From the NCBI GenBank assembly GCA_977016875.1, contig CDRNST010000436.1:6138001-6202000 (forward strand): a stretch of DNA of 64,000 nucleotides, read 5' to 3'. A program made the translations under genes and the position numbers. Below the pieces are notes generated by a model. That model was not told the DNA's origin and made no database searches. It worked only from the letters and a program-made list of their open reading frames with translations. Below are positions 63,001 to 64,000 of this stretch, piece by piece (positions within the stretch are counted from its first letter, which is position 1; each line of letters starts with the position of its first letter). The DNA comes from Pavona decussata (taxonomy: Eukaryota).

Positions 63001-63093
63001 TTTCATAACTGCTGTATGTCACTGTGGGTTGTGCAAAATAACAGATGTCCATTGTGTCAGCAAGAGTGGGTTGTGCAGAGGATTGGAAGATAA
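60007..63093 (+). CDS. RNF7: RING-box protein 2 (RNF7/RBX2/SAG), cullin-5 E3 ligase subunit, 112 aa, 3 exons
   Basis: Exons 60007-60178 ([30 protein letters not shown]), 62687-62734 ([16 protein letters not shown]), 62975-63093 ([32 protein letters not shown]). GT-AG introns, total 339 nt. Confidence 0.96.
60391..61143. mobile_element. Young foldback element or MITE with ~165-bp near-perfect TIRs, in RNF7 intron 1
   Basis: 60391-60555 is the reverse complement of 60979-61143 with only one visible mismatch. Confidence 0.9.
62003..62212. mobile_element. MITE with TTAA TSD
   Basis: ttaa-agggactatgtcagcagggggacatg ... catgtccccctgctgacatagtccct-ttaa. Confidence 0.85.
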
Positions 63094-63203
63094 TAACAGG
63101 CTTCAATGAAAACTGTTATGAAGAAATTGAAGACTTCCTTGGACAATGCCTCCTTTTGCTACTGTGGATACTTGCTCTACATCTCAGGACAGTCATAGAA
63201 GCT

Positions 63204-63450
63204 CTGGCCCCAGTTGTTCAAAGAGCGGATAATTTTATCCACTGGATAGGAAGCTATACGGCAGATAAAATGTGTGTGAGAATTTCCCTATAGCCCTTTA
63301 TTTTGTGTATAAAGTAGAAGCATCTGTCTAATTCAAGTGTGGGATTGTGTGAAAAACTTGCCAAAAGCTTTTGTCGGAGCACATTTTATCCGCTGGATAG
63401 CAACTTATCCACTGGATAAAGTTATCCACTCTTTGAACAACTGGAGCCAG
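63204..63450. mobile_element. Harbinger-like MITE
   Basis: ctggccccagttgttcaaagagcggataa and ttatccactctttgaacaactggagccag. Confidence 0.8.
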
Positions 63451-63459
63451 ATTTCTTAA

Positions 63460-63956
63460 GAATGGTGCCTACTACTATATATAAGGGATTTTTGTTTGGT
63501 TTATGGCTATGTGGGAAAAGAAGATATTAGCAAAGGGCTAAGAATGTTGTTCTGTGATTTTGTTTGCTGTTTTTTGCTTTGTTTTCGAAAAATGGGCCAA
63601 AAAAATTGCAGAACAACATTCTTCAAGTCAAAACAAGTCTGTATGTTAAGATTTAACGAGAACCTGAAATAAAAAATTTCACCAAAAAAACGATATATGC
63701 CCCTTTTGCGGGAGGTCCTTCAATTGGGGGTAACCATGCATTTTTCAGAGTTAATTAAGCTTCAGTTTTGAAAAAATGACACACGTTGTTGTGTATTTTA
63801 AAGCTTCTAAAAGATATTGTTGCTTAATTATCTCCGAAAAATGCGTGGTTCCACCCAGTTTTCTTTTGAAGTTCAATAGCCCTTGCTAGGATCTGCTTTT
63901 CCTGCATAGTCATAAACTGTGCAAAAAAACCTAGCTCTTATTAGGAGGCACTGCCC
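63460..63956. mobile_element. Diverged copy of the TTAA MITE family seen at 57647
   Basis: ttaa-gaatggtgcctacta ... taggaggcactgccc-ttaa, with the shared internal ttgggggtaaccatgcatttttcagag. Extra internal sequence at about 63541-63720. Confidence 0.75.
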
Positions 63957-64000
63957 TTAATGGATTCACATTGAAAAGGTGTTGTAATGGTTTTTGAGTG

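Overview
AT-rich, intron-containing animal genomic DNA. The repeat landscape resembles stony-coral (scleractinian) DNA, which is an inference. By hand-splicing GT-AG exons I recover a tandem array of five minus-strand genes (4954-50765) encoding type II membrane TNF-superfamily ligands with an ectodysplasin (EDA)-like layout: TM helix, furin site, Cys motif, Gly-X-Y collagen stalk, TNF homology domain (THD). The five genes carry seven large THD exons. Gene 2 appears to splice two complete THDs in tandem into one 437-aa chain. Gene 3 has two mutually exclusive terminal THD exons. All five genes carry a STAT-type GAS palindrome (TTCnnnGAA) within about 130 bp of the ATG, and gene 2 also has an IFN-beta-enhancer-like IRF plus NF-kB module. 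Downstream lie an 8-exon phospholipid scramblase gene (minus) and a 3-exon RNF7/RBX2 gene (plus) arranged head to head. Introns and intergenic DNA hold many MITEs, LINE and Penelope fragments, a tRNA-derived repeat and a ~107-bp minisatellite. All gene models are sequence-only predictions with no transcript evidence.
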